DNA of 64,000 bases. It comes from a virus. Position 1 is the first letter of the stretch. Each line of letters begins with the position of its first letter. Shown in pieces: positions 10,318-20,010 of this stretch. The DNA is taken from positions 1 to 64,000 of IMG/VR virus record IMGVR_UViG_3300031519_006853; one strand, written 5' to 3'. Below the pieces are notes generated by a model. The model was not told the DNA's origin and searched no databases. It worked only from the letters and a program-made list of their open reading frames with translations. A program made the position numbers and the translations under genes.

Positions 10318-11977
10318 AAAAGTAGAGTTTAAGAATTTTGCAAGTTATGGAAATAGATTGCAAGTTATAGATTTTGAAGAAGACAAGAGTAACTTATATT
10401 TAGTACTAGGTGGTAATGGTGCAGGTAAAAGTACATTGGCAAAAGTTATAACATATATGTGTTATGGTAAAGTAGAAGGTTCAACATTAAAAGACTTACC
10501 TAACCGAGTTAATGGTGAGCTTTATGGAAGAATATGGTTAGAATCAAAAGGTAATAAAATTGAAATTGAAAGAGGAATTAATCCTGGTGTTTTTAATGTT
10601 AAGATTAATGGATCAGAATATGATGTTGCAGGAAAGGTAAATTTGCAAGAATTTTTAGAAACAGAAATTTATGAAATACCATATCATGTTTTTAAGAATG
10701 TAATTATTTTATCGGTTAATGATTTTAAATCTTTTATTACAATGTCTCCTTATGACAAGAAAAGAATTATAGATAAGATATTTGGTTTTTCAGTTATTAA
10801 TGAAATGGCCGAGGCAGTCAAGGAAAAGCGTAAAGGTATTGTAGAAGAAATAAGAACTTATGAAGATGAAATAAGAACTCTTAATGAATCAATCGGATCT
10901 GTTTATGATAAGATAGAGCAAATAGAATTATTAACAGCAGAGAAAGATGCATCTAAAGTTAAGAAATTAAAATTAGATTTAATTGCATTAAATGAAAATA
11001 GAAAAAAATTAAATACATTTACTCAAAATACAAAAACAAAATTAGAAGAATTAGACAATGAATCTAGAACTAAATCAAAAGAATATTCTTCAGTAGGTAA
11101 TGACATTAGAAATATTCAAAATGATTTAAAGTTATTTGAAAATTCCACATGCCCTACATGTACGGCTCCACTTACTTCTGATTTTCATTTAGATATTAAA
11201 AAAGAAAAAGAAGAATCATTAATAACATTAAGTGAAAAGTATACTTTGGCTAAAGCTGAATATGAAGAAGCTGAAACTAAATTAAATGATCTAAGAACCA
11301 AAGGTAGAACAATTCATGTAAAGGCTGGTCAATTAGAAACACAGATGGAGAACCTTAAATCTAAATTAATTGAATTATCTGAAAAGGATGAATCAGATTC
11401 ATCAACTAACCTAAAGCAATTAGTAAAGGATTTTAAAATTCGTAAAACTGAAAAATCTTCTGGTAAGTTAAAAAGTGAAGCTGATGATTTTTATTTAACT
11501 ATACTTGAAAACTTAATGGGTGAAGATGGTATTAAAAATTTAGCAGTAAGATCTATACTTCCTTCATTTAATAATCATATATTATTAATGGGTAGAGAAA
11601 TGGGAATTCCTTTTGGTATTAGATTTAATGAAAAGTTTTATTGTACACTCCATCACTTAGGAACCGAAATCAGTGCAAAGACATTAAGCACAGGAGAAAA
11701 GAAAAAAGTAGACTTTGTAATTATTATGGCTTTAATGAAAATGATTAAAGTTAGATTTCCTTCACTAAATATTTTATTCTTAGATGAAATCTTTTCTTCG
11801 ATTGATTCTGATGGTGTATATCATATAATTAATATCTTACATGATACTATACAAGATATCGGACTTAACACCTTTGTTATTAATCACACAGTATTACCTA
11901 GTGAATATTTTGATAAAAAGTTAGAAATTACAAAAGATGCAGGCTTTAGTGAATTTACAATTGAAACTATTGGATAA
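10307..11977 (+). CDS. gp46: Rad50/SbcC-like ATPase (gp46)
   Basis: GGNGAGKST, coiled coil with CPTC zinc hook, LSTGE signature, LDE Walker B. Confidence 0.94.
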   Translation: MKIKKVEFKNFASYGNRLQVIDFEEDKSNLYLVLGGNGAGKSTLAKVITYMCYGKVEGSTLKDLPNRVNGELYGRIWLESKGNKIEIERGINPGVFNVKINGSEYDVAGKVNLQEFLETEIYEIPYHVFKNVIILSVNDFKSFITMSPYDKKRIIDKIFGFSVINEMAEAVKEKRKGIVEEIRTYEDEIRTLNESIGSVYDKIEQIELLTAEKDASKVKKLKLDLIALNENRKKLNTFTQNTKTKLEELDNESRTKSKEYSSVGNDIRNIQNDLKLFENSTCPTCTAPLTSDFHLDIKKEKEESLITLSEKYTLAKAEYEEAETKLNDLRTKGRTIHVKAGQLETQMENLKSKLIELSEKDESDSSTNLKQLVKDFKIRKTEKSSGKLKSEADDFYLTILENLMGEDGIKNLAVRSILPSFNNHILLMGREMGIPFGIRFNEKFYCTLHHLGTEISAKTLSTGEKKKVDFVIIMALMKMIKVRFPSLNILFLDEIFSSIDSDGVYHIINILHDTIQDIGLNTFVINHTVLPSEYFDKKLEITKDAGFSEFTIETIG

Positions 11978-12007
11978 ATATAATACAATAAAAATTAAAA
12001 ATGACTA

Positions 12008-13009
12008 ATGTCAGCATATAATCAAGAATTTAATAAAGATAATACTATATTGCGCTATATTATAGTAGCTCTTCTAGCAGAATTAAAAGATAAAGTCTAT
12101 TATTATAATCAAATAGATGAGGATACTTTAAAGAAAATACCAGTACCTTTCTTTTATTCAATAACAGGAGACGGTAGATTTTTAATGGATAACTTCTTGT
12201 ATGATGCAGAAGCTAAAGGTAAAGCTATAGGTGATTATGAAGTTGTTCCAAGAGGTATAATACAGTTAACTGGTATATCCATAGATTCGGGTAATCAAAC
12301 AAATAAGTTTGCTAGAAGTGAATTTGTACAAGAATGGGAAGGAATTTTAAAAACTTTTTCTTTAGAGACAAATTTCCTGCCACTAAACATGTCTTTTGAT
12401 TGTACTGTAGTATGCTCTTCTAATTTGGAAATGTTAAAAGTTACTGAATCTTTAATGAGTAAGCTTTATAAAAATACATTGTTTCAGATTGATTTAGGAA
12501 TGATGAGGGTCGCAGGAACATTTGCAGTCCCAGAAGATTATGCTCAAAATAGATTATTTGAATTTCAATTAAATGATAAGAAAGAATGGAGTGTAACATT
12601 TCCTATTGAAGTAGCTTCTTTTATGCCAGTGTTTGAAGGTGGTACATTGGTGCCAGAAATAAGTCTTATGACAAAATCTGCAATTAAAGCTAATCCTAAT
12701 GCACAAGGTGTAGGTATGTTAAGATCAGGTTCTAATAATGAATTAGGCATATTCTTTGGAGGAATATTCCAGAAATTTGAAATAACAAATGAAAGTTTAT
12801 TAAAAGCACAGCCTACAGGTAGTATGAGTAATAAAGGATACATTAACCCAGATTCTATACAGACAGGTGGCGCTTATATGGAATCATCCATAACATCAGC
12901 CCCAATAATCCCTGAATCATTAGAAAGTTTAAATTTTAGAAATGCAAAAGCAGAACCAAAAGTAGATGAATCAGGCTTAGGAAGTGTAGATGATGGATTC
13001 GGAAAGTGA
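12008..13009 (+). CDS. gp15: Tail terminator / sheath stabilizer (gp15-like)
   Basis: N-terminal LRYII...VPFFYS and VPRG pattern like T4 gp15; late-type promoter upstream. Confidence 0.65.
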   Translation: MSAYNQEFNKDNTILRYIIVALLAELKDKVYYYNQIDEDTLKKIPVPFFYSITGDGRFLMDNFLYDAEAKGKAIGDYEVVPRGIIQLTGISIDSGNQTNKFARSEFVQEWEGILKTFSLETNFLPLNMSFDCTVVCSSNLEMLKVTESLMSKLYKNTLFQIDLGMMRVAGTFAVPEDYAQNRLFEFQLNDKKEWSVTFPIEVASFMPVFEGGTLVPEISLMTKSAIKANPNAQGVGMLRSGSNNELGIFFGGIFQKFEITNESLLKAQPTGSMSNKGYINPDSIQTGGAYMESSITSAPIIPESLESLNFRNAKAEPKVDESGLGSVDDGFGK

Positions 13010-13063
13010 CAAACAATTAATCAAAGAGACTTATAATATATAAAACAAATCAAATAGTGTAAT

Positions 13064-14947
13064 ATGGAAAACACAACTAACGAAGGACAAACTCAAGTTT
13101 ATGCAGATGGCGCAATTGATGCCCAGCCTGGCGTAAATACAAATGCCCTTTATCTCAATAACCCTAAGCAGCAATTAATTGATATAATTCATGTATTGTT
13201 TAGCCAAAGTGGTAAAATGTCAGATGGCGACAAAGGCGATAAAATTGAACATAGTGCTTCAATGACAGACCAACAAGTATTAGCTATTTTAGTTGGAATG
13301 GGTATTCCACAACAGATGGCAATGAGTGGTATTGCAAAGTATCATGAAAGCATGCCAGATCAATCCGATATATACACTGAAAATAATAATCAAAAAAATC
13401 ATAACAAAATGAAATTTACATTAACAGACCTATACGAAAACGTTGTGGATAGCATTAATGGACTAAAGGCAATGGATAATGACAATTCCAGAGTTTCGTA
13501 TTCTGTTAAAGAATCTTTAACTATTTTGGAAGAAGCATTAACTGCATTTCCAATGAAACTTAAAAATGCTGATCTTTCTAAGATTAGTGAAGAATTAGAA
13601 AATTCAGTTAGTCCAGACCTTAAGTTTAAAATTGCAAGAAACTTATATACTAAATTATCACAGAGTACTTGGTTAAATCCAATTTCTGAATTAAGAGAGT
13701 TTATAATGGAATCATATAACAATTCTAAATGGTATTTTAGAATTAGTGAATCAATTGAAAGAACAGGAAATCAAAAAGGTAATTTAATGGAGTCATTAAA
13801 TTCTGATTTAACTTCTTTACTAAATGAATCAGATGTAAAATCTAAATTTTCTGTAGTTGCTGCAAAGCACCCATGGTCAATGGATACTAAAGCAATCATA
13901 AATGAAATGAATGCTGAAGATCAAAAGGTTGCATCTACTTCAAGTGGAAAACTTGTAAAAGTTCTTTCTCCTATATTAGAATCTGAAAATGGATTAACTT
14001 TCCAATTACATGGCAAGAATTACAATTATGACGGTAAAGACATTACTGAAACAACTGTAACGGATCCAAGATTCTTCGATGTATCTGAAGGATTAAAAAT
14101 GTTCTCAAGAAATGGCGACATACTTTCTTTACACGGTGAAAATGGAAAATCATTAGAATATAATATTACCGAAGGAACATTACATATGGGTAAAATTGAT
14201 TTATCAAATGTAAGTATAATCGAATTAAAAGAATCTCTATTGGCAACTAACTTCTCAGGATATAGAAATCAATGGCAAAATGATAAAATTTGCAAATTCT
14301 TTGAATCTGTAGATATGATTGCTGAATTAGATGAATTCACAACTGTTCAAAATCAAGAATTTTTAGATGTATTTTTAACAATGATTGGAGTAAGTGAAGG
14401 TATTTACATTAATAAAGTAAATCCTGGAATGAAATTAAATGAAATGATAAAAATTAATACTGCAACAGAAACTGTTGATATAGTAAAGGAATTTATTAAT
14501 TTTGATATTTCACCAATTCTTTCTGAAAGATTACTCGCAGAGAATAATGAAAAAGCAATTGAAGAAAGTAAAAGAAAAGATCTTACTGATTCTATTTCTT
14601 TTTTAGAAGAAAAGAAATCTGAAGTTGAAGCTGCTATTAAAAAGTTAGGTGAAACGGAAGAATTAACAGAAGCATTAACTTTATTAGCTGAAGAATTAAT
14701 AGGTAAGGAAAAAGAATTAGCTAATTCTTATATCTCTGAAAAAAAAACTAAAGACGACTATTTAAATGACGGTTTCGTAGAAGCATCGGTTAAAAAGGAA
14801 GGTCAAGGTCTTAAAAAGAGACAAGAAGTATTAGTCTCAGCTGAAGAATATGCTTCTCTAGGTGATGAGGATATGTTAAGTGTAATTGTTCCTAAGAATG
14901 GAAAAAGTATAATAATGCCAAAAGGCGATTTAGAAGTTAAGATTTAA
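13064..14947 (+). CDS. Large hypothetical protein, probably virion/head associated
   Basis: 627 aa, late-type motif upstream, several L/I-x-E sites; possible internal start at 13409. Confidence 0.6.
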   Translation: MENTTNEGQTQVYADGAIDAQPGVNTNALYLNNPKQQLIDIIHVLFSQSGKMSDGDKGDKIEHSASMTDQQVLAILVGMGIPQQMAMSGIAKYHESMPDQSDIYTENNNQKNHNKMKFTLTDLYENVVDSINGLKAMDNDNSRVSYSVKESLTILEEALTAFPMKLKNADLSKISEELENSVSPDLKFKIARNLYTKLSQSTWLNPISELREFIMESYNNSKWYFRISESIERTGNQKGNLMESLNSDLTSLLNESDVKSKFSVVAAKHPWSMDTKAIINEMNAEDQKVASTSSGKLVKVLSPILESENGLTFQLHGKNYNYDGKDITETTVTDPRFFDVSEGLKMFSRNGDILSLHGENGKSLEYNITEGTLHMGKIDLSNVSIIELKESLLATNFSGYRNQWQNDKICKFFESVDMIAELDEFTTVQNQEFLDVFLTMIGVSEGIYINKVNPGMKLNEMIKINTATETVDIVKEFINFDISPILSERLLAENNEKAIEESKRKDLTDSISFLEEKKSEVEAAIKKLGETEELTEALTLLAEELIGKEKELANSYISEKKTKDDYLNDGFVEASVKKEGQGLKKRQEVLVSAEEYASLGDEDMLSVIVPKNGKSIIMPKGDLEVKI

Positions 14948-14977
14948 ATATAGCTTTACATCTACTAATAATATTAG

Positions 14978-15010
14978 AGGACCGATTGATTAAACAATCG
15001 GTCCTTTCTT
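14978..15010 (+). terminator. Rho-independent terminator overlapping the gp55 promoter
   Basis: aggaccgattg / caatcggtcct hairpin followed by ttctt. Confidence 0.75.
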
Positions 15011-15018
15011 GTATATAA
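14992..15018 (+). promoter_or_regulatory. Putative middle-class promoter AAAC-N16-TATATAA upstream of the late sigma gene
   Basis: Matches the 13-copy bipartite motif. Confidence 0.6.
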
Positions 15019-15038
15019 TAATAAATAAAACAAAGTTA

Positions 15039-15404
15039 ATGGCAAGGAAAAGAAATTATTTAAACAATAGAGATCTATTAGATCAAATCGTTTTATCGAA
15101 AGAGTTAGACGAGTTAACACCAAAGGCTTTAGAATTCCTAATGTTATTAGCAGATAAGTGTTCACGAAAATTAACATATAGAAATCCAGAAGATAGGCAA
15201 GATTGTATTGCTTATGCTTATATGGATCTTTATAGATATTGGAGGAATTTTAATCCAGAAAAAAGTACTAATGCATTTGCTTATTTTACTGAAATAGCAA
15301 AAAGAGGATTTGCAAAAGGCTGGAATAAATTACACCCAAAGAAATATTATGGCACTGTTTCAATTAATGGTAGCGCTGATAGCGAAGGTATTTATACAAT
15401 ATAG
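15039..15404 (+). CDS. gp55: Late-transcription sigma factor (gp55-like)
   Basis: NYLNNRDLL start, NFNPEKSTNAFAYFTEIAKRGF region 2; ATG at 15039 preferred over TTG at 15009. Confidence 0.85.
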   Translation: MARKRNYLNNRDLLDQIVLSKELDELTPKALEFLMLLADKCSRKLTYRNPEDRQDCIAYAYMDLYRYWRNFNPEKSTNAFAYFTEIAKRGFAKGWNKLHPKKYYGTVSINGSADSEGIYTI

Positions 15405-15408
15405 TTAA

Positions 15409-15891
15409 TTGCCTATGAGCATTAAAAAGGTAAAACCTACTTCAAAGTCTGGATTTAAACAAGGTTATTATAAACCTAAATACCCTCAGAAGTATAGAGG
15501 AGAAGGACCAATTATATATAGAAGCAGCTGGGAAAGAAAGTTTTGTTATTGGTGTGATCATAATATGGATGTGATATACTGGATATCTGAACCTTTCTCT
15601 ATACCTTATTTTAATTTGTTAGATAATAAATTTCATAAGTATTATCCAGATTTTTTCTTTAAAATGAAAAAGGGAGACAAGACAGAAGAATATGTAGTAG
15701 AAATAAAACCTAAGGCACAATTACAAAAACCTAAGGAACCAAAGAGAAAAACTGCAAAGGCATTAAAAAATTTTAAATATGCTTACGAATCGTATGTAAG
15801 AAATTTATGCAAACAAAATGCATTAAACAAAATGGCAAGAGAAAGAAATTGTAAAGTAATGTTATTAACGGAAGACTCAAAATTATTTTAA
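15409..15891 (+). CDS. gp4: Head completion nuclease (gp4, TnsA-like)
   Basis: YRSSWE, WISEP, YYPDF, VEIKP. Confidence 0.9.
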   Translation: MPMSIKKVKPTSKSGFKQGYYKPKYPQKYRGEGPIIYRSSWERKFCYWCDHNMDVIYWISEPFSIPYFNLLDNKFHKYYPDFFFKMKKGDKTEEYVVEIKPKAQLQKPKEPKRKTAKALKNFKYAYESYVRNLCKQNALNKMARERNCKVMLLTEDSKLF

Positions 15892-16469
15892 TGGCTTTAA
15901 TAGGATCATTTACAGAAGATTTAGATCTTTACCTTACTGAAAATAAAGGTAGAAGTCGTGCATCTAAACAATCACAGATTGATATACCTAGGATTAGCGC
16001 AAAAAGCGATGGTGTTTTAAATCCTGGTAAAATGTATTGTTTTAATTATTATACTAAAGATGAATTATTTTATGATACTAAACCATTAGTTATAGGTTTA
16101 GGAGAATCTGATAATGGTCATCAATTAGGTATTAATTTACATTACATGCCTTATGAAGCAAGAATACCATTTTTAACAGAACTTACCGTATCATTAGGTA
16201 GCCAAATAAAAGGCTTAACTAAAGGTAGTGCATTAGGCAATCCTGAACAGCAAAAACCAATAACCGCATTTAGGTGGGACTTTGTAAAGCAAGCATTTGG
16301 TAAGAAATATAACTTAACTTATTGCACTAGACAGTATATAATAAAGAAAATGAAAAATCCTTATGTCCTAGGATATGAAGATTGGTATGTAGGTGGTGTG
16401 AATAATGAGAATCAATTCTTTGGAGGAAATATAAATCAAGCACAATCATTATACTACAAGAATATATAA
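15891..16469 (+). CDS. gp2: DNA end protector protein (gp2-like)
   Basis: PGKMYCFNY...YDTKPLVI...LGINLHYMP, as in the T4 gp2 family; adjacent to gp4. Confidence 0.8.
   Translation: MALIGSFTEDLDLYLTENKGRSRASKQSQIDIPRISAKSDGVLNPGKMYCFNYYTKDELFYDTKPLVIGLGESDNGHQLGINLHYMPYEARIPFLTELTVSLGSQIKGLTKGSALGNPEQQKPITAFRWDFVKQAFGKKYNLTYCTRQYIIKKMKNPYVLGYEDWYVGGVNNENQFFGGNINQAQSLYYKNI
16461..16469 (+). promoter_or_regulatory. Putative late promoter RATATATAA upstream of the portal gene (one of about 14 copies)
   Basis: Same 9-mer precedes structural genes. Confidence 0.6.
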
Positions 16470-16488
16470 AATAATAAAAAATAAGAAT

Positions 16489-18135
16489 ATGGCAGGTTTT
16501 ACAGATAGAAGAGGTCCTTTAAGTACAGGGAACCCAGTACGAAAGCTTCTTAAAGATCTTTCTAATTTAGGAATGGCTTACGATGATATGATTATTCGTA
16601 ATTCGAGAGCAGTAGGTTTTACTGAAAATCAAATGGGTTATTCGTTTAATCCAATGGGATCTGATGGTGATGATATGTATGGCGCATTTGCTGCACTATC
16701 ATTGACTGATACTAACATGAAGAAAAACATTGCGTTTTTTGATCAAGACTATGTTAGAAAACGTGATCAACTTAGAACTTTTGCTGTACAAGATGAAATA
16801 GAAGAAATCTTAGATGTAATTACCGATGAGGCTATTGTATTTGATGAATCTAATTATATGGCATATGCTGATTTTAATGGTCATATTGGAGAATCGATTG
16901 AAGAAGAAATTGCAGATGTATATAATAACATATATAATTACTTTGGGTTTAATGATTCGGTTGCTCCGTGGAATTATTTTAGAAAATGGATGATTGATGG
17001 TTATCTTGCATTTGAAATAGTTTATAATGATAAGCAAACTGAAATTATTGGTTTTAAAGAATTAGATCCTATATCATTAATGCCAGGTATTGATACTGAT
17101 GATGGTAAAAAAGTTTGGATTCAATATAAAGGTGAAGGCGCAAAGGAAAGAACACTATGGGATTCTCAAATAATTTATATTTCATATTCACAAGTTAATT
17201 CTCCAATGAGAATATCTTACGTGGAAAGATTAATAAGATCTTTTAATCTTTTAAGAATAATGGAACATAGTAGAATTATCTGGGCTGTATCTAATGCTTC
17301 ATTTAAAACACAATTTACAATCCCAGTTGGTGGTAAATCAAAAACCAGAGCAAAACAATCTCTGGCAACATTAATGAACTCATATCGTGAGGTTGTAGAC
17401 TTTAACTTTGAGAGTGGTGAGATTCAAACCAATGGAAAGCCAATGATGCCGTTTAATAAGGAATATTGGTTACCGTCTAAGGATGGTGAATCACCTGAGA
17501 TACAAACCATTGGTGGTGACGGTCCTGATTTAGGTGATACTGAATCTTTAAAATACTTTTCTGATAAATTACAATTAGCTTCTAAAATTCCATTTTCTAG
17601 ATTTGATAGAGAAGGTGGTAATACATATGATATGGAAGGTAGTGGAATGCTAAGAGATGAAATTAAGTTTGGTAGGTTTATTTCAAGGTTAAGATCAATA
17701 TGGCAAGAAATATTAGTTAAACCAGTATATCTTCAAATGTGTCTTAATCATCCAGAATTAAAAAATGATATTGCGTTTAAGGCAGGTTTAGGATTAAACT
17801 TTATGAAAGACAATGTGTTTGAGGAAATGAAAGAAATGGAATTGCAAACAAAACGTGTTGATTTTATTGGTAACTTAAAAACTCAATTAAGTACAATGAC
17901 TGCTGAGATGGAAGAAATACCATACTTTGATTTAGGATTCTTAATTAAGAGATACGGTGGATTTACTCGTGATGATATTAAAGCAAATGCTCGAGCTAAA
18001 GAACGTGAAGAACTTGCAACAGCAGGATATAAAGAAGAAGATATAGAAAAGATCTTATTAGGTGCTAATAAGGATGATTTTAAGCCTGAGGAAAAATCTG
18101 ATGGTATAGATGATGATCCATTAGCAGATTTATAA
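16489..18135 (+). CDS. gp20: Portal protein (gp20)
   Basis: WMIDG, SYVERLIRSFNLLRIME, EYWLPSKDG...EIQTIGG, YFSDKL...KIPFSR, LRDEIKF. Confidence 0.93.
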   Translation: MAGFTDRRGPLSTGNPVRKLLKDLSNLGMAYDDMIIRNSRAVGFTENQMGYSFNPMGSDGDDMYGAFAALSLTDTNMKKNIAFFDQDYVRKRDQLRTFAVQDEIEEILDVITDEAIVFDESNYMAYADFNGHIGESIEEEIADVYNNIYNYFGFNDSVAPWNYFRKWMIDGYLAFEIVYNDKQTEIIGFKELDPISLMPGIDTDDGKKVWIQYKGEGAKERTLWDSQIIYISYSQVNSPMRISYVERLIRSFNLLRIMEHSRIIWAVSNASFKTQFTIPVGGKSKTRAKQSLATLMNSYREVVDFNFESGEIQTNGKPMMPFNKEYWLPSKDGESPEIQTIGGDGPDLGDTESLKYFSDKLQLASKIPFSRFDREGGNTYDMEGSGMLRDEIKFGRFISRLRSIWQEILVKPVYLQMCLNHPELKNDIAFKAGLGLNFMKDNVFEEMKEMELQTKRVDFIGNLKTQLSTMTAEMEEIPYFDLGFLIKRYGGFTRDDIKANARAKEREELATAGYKEEDIEKILLGANKDDFKPEEKSDGIDDDPLADL

Positions 18136-18181
18136 AAACTAATAAGAGTTATAATATATAAAACAAATAATAACTAGAAAG

Positions 18182-19903
18182 ATGTCAAATAAGAAACTTT
18201 TAATTCTAGAAAGATCTAAGTCTAATTTAAGTATGACAAAAGATGCCGATGGCTCTGTTGTCCTTGAAGGAGTATTTACTGAGATTGGAGTAAAGAATAA
18301 AAACAATAGAATATATGAAGAAGCTGAAGTTCTTCCTCATATTAATGAACTAAAAGAAAAGGTTAAAACAAACAAACTTTTAGGTGAGTTAGATCACCCT
18401 AAGGATTTTGACATTAGTTTATCAAATGTATCACACGTCATTGAAGATTTAAATTATGATAGTGATAAGAAACAAGTATTAGGAAGAATCAGATTACTAA
18501 ATACTTCAAAAGGAAAAGAAGCTCAAGCATTAATAGAAGATGGTATTCCATTACATATTTCAAGTAGAGCGGCTGGAACTGTTGATGAACAAGGAAAGGT
18601 TAAAATTAAAAAATTCTTTACTTATGATTTAGTTGCAGATCCTGGATTTGAAAATGCTGAATTAGCTAGAGTAAATGAATCTTATGGAATTGAAAATTCT
18701 GAAGGTTTATATATTTATGAAATGGCAGAAACTGAAGATGAAATAAATAAAACAAATAAAACAGATTTAACAATGGAAAATACATCAGGAAATTTTGTAA
18801 CCGTTGAGGATTTCAACAAGTACACTGAATACATTAAAGATACTTTAGACAGTGTTAAGGAATCTGCTAATTCGAACAATGATGAACTATTACAAAAACT
18901 AGTTACATATAGTGAGCATATTGCAGAGAAAGTAAATCAGGTAACTGATTATACTGAATACTTATCAGAAAATCTTGACAAAAGTATATCTCATTCTGAT
19001 TATATTGCAGAGAATGTAGATAAAATTAAAAATTACGCTTCTTATCTAGGAGAAGAACTAGATAGTTCTATTCAATATACTGAGCACGTTGCTGAACAGG
19101 CAGATAAAGGAATTGAGTATTCTAATTATTTAGGAGAAAAACTAGAAAAAGGAATTGACTATTCAGAATATGTTGCTGAAACATTAGATAAGAATATTGC
19201 TTATTCAGAATATCTTGGTGAAAATTTAACTAAGTCTATTAAATACTCTGAGTATATTGCTGAAAATGCAAATACTGTAAATGGAGAAGTAATTAATGAA
19301 GAAACTGTATCTGTATCATCTGAGCCTAAAATTGAGGAATCAATAAATGAATCAGTTGAGGCTAAAGAAAAAGTATCTTATAAAGATGCAATAAGTGAAA
19401 AGTTATCAAACTTAATTTCTAAGGCAGAAGCTAAATCAATTACTGAAATGCACTTTATGAATTTTTTATCAGAATCTAAAAAGAATCAATTTGATTCTTT
19501 AGAAGAAGATAAGAAAAGTTTAATAGTTGAATCAATGAATAAAGATTCTATTATGTCAACTATACAAGCTGAAAACATTTGGGATTCATGTTTTATAACT
19601 GAAAGAAAGGAAATTAACTTTATTGATGATATGCCAGAAAAATTCCGTTCTAAATGGGATAATCTTTCTGAGAATAGAAAAGAACAAATTATATCAGAAG
19701 CAAGGTTTCACCCCGTAGGTAATCAATACGGAATTAATAACTTCTGGCAAACAAGAGATCTTAGAGATACTCAAATGAATTTAGAATCAATTAACGAAAG
19801 TAAAACTGCTGCTGAAGCTGCTCAAACTAAAACTGAGCCATTATTAAATGAAAGCTTTCAAACAGATTTAATTCAAAAAATGAAATTCAGATTAAATAGA
19901 TAA
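18182..19903 (+). CDS. gp21: Prohead protease (gp21) fused to a coiled-coil scaffold/core domain
   Basis: LEGVF...NKNNRIY, LGELDHP, ISSRAAG, YDLVADPG; long acidic repeat-containing C-terminal extension. Confidence 0.9.
   Translation: MSNKKLLILERSKSNLSMTKDADGSVVLEGVFTEIGVKNKNNRIYEEAEVLPHINELKEKVKTNKLLGELDHPKDFDISLSNVSHVIEDLNYDSDKKQVLGRIRLLNTSKGKEAQALIEDGIPLHISSRAAGTVDEQGKVKIKKFFTYDLVADPGFENAELARVNESYGIENSEGLYIYEMAETEDEINKTNKTDLTMENTSGNFVTVEDFNKYTEYIKDTLDSVKESANSNNDELLQKLVTYSEHIAEKVNQVTDYTEYLSENLDKSISHSDYIAENVDKIKNYASYLGEELDSSIQYTEHVAEQADKGIEYSNYLGEKLEKGIDYSEYVAETLDKNIAYSEYLGENLTKSIKYSEYIAENANTVNGEVINEETVSVSSEPKIEESINESVEAKEKVSYKDAISEKLSNLISKAEAKSITEMHFMNFLSESKKNQFDSLEEDKKSLIVESMNKDSIMSTIQAENIWDSCFITERKEINFIDDMPEKFRSKWDNLSENRKEQIISEARFHPVGNQYGINNFWQTRDLRDTQMNLESINESKTAAEAAQTKTEPLLNESFQTDLIQKMKFRLNR
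18908..19267 (+). repeat. Coding tandem repeat, about 8.5 copies of a 14-aa (42-bp) unit Y-S/T-E-Y/H-I/L/V-A/G/S-E...
   Basis: YSEHIAEKVNQVTD / YTEYLSENLDKSIS / ... / YSEYIAEN; phase 18908+42n checked at 19244. Confidence 0.9.
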
Positions 19904-20010
19904 TCATTTAATCTAAACAATATAATCGAATAGTCAAGAAGAAAAGGACTTAGGCGATTAAAAACGGAATACTAATAATATTCCACAAAATGCGAAAATA
20001 AAAATTTAAT

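Noticed and set aside
12565-13722. Minus-strand ORFs 12565-12843 and 13399-13722 (and similar antisense or nested ORFs across the track)
   Set aside because: Fully inside well-supported + strand genes; no independent evidence
18908-19267. CRISPR-like array
   Set aside because: Degenerate in-frame coding repeat without spacers; no identical direct repeats or cas locus seen
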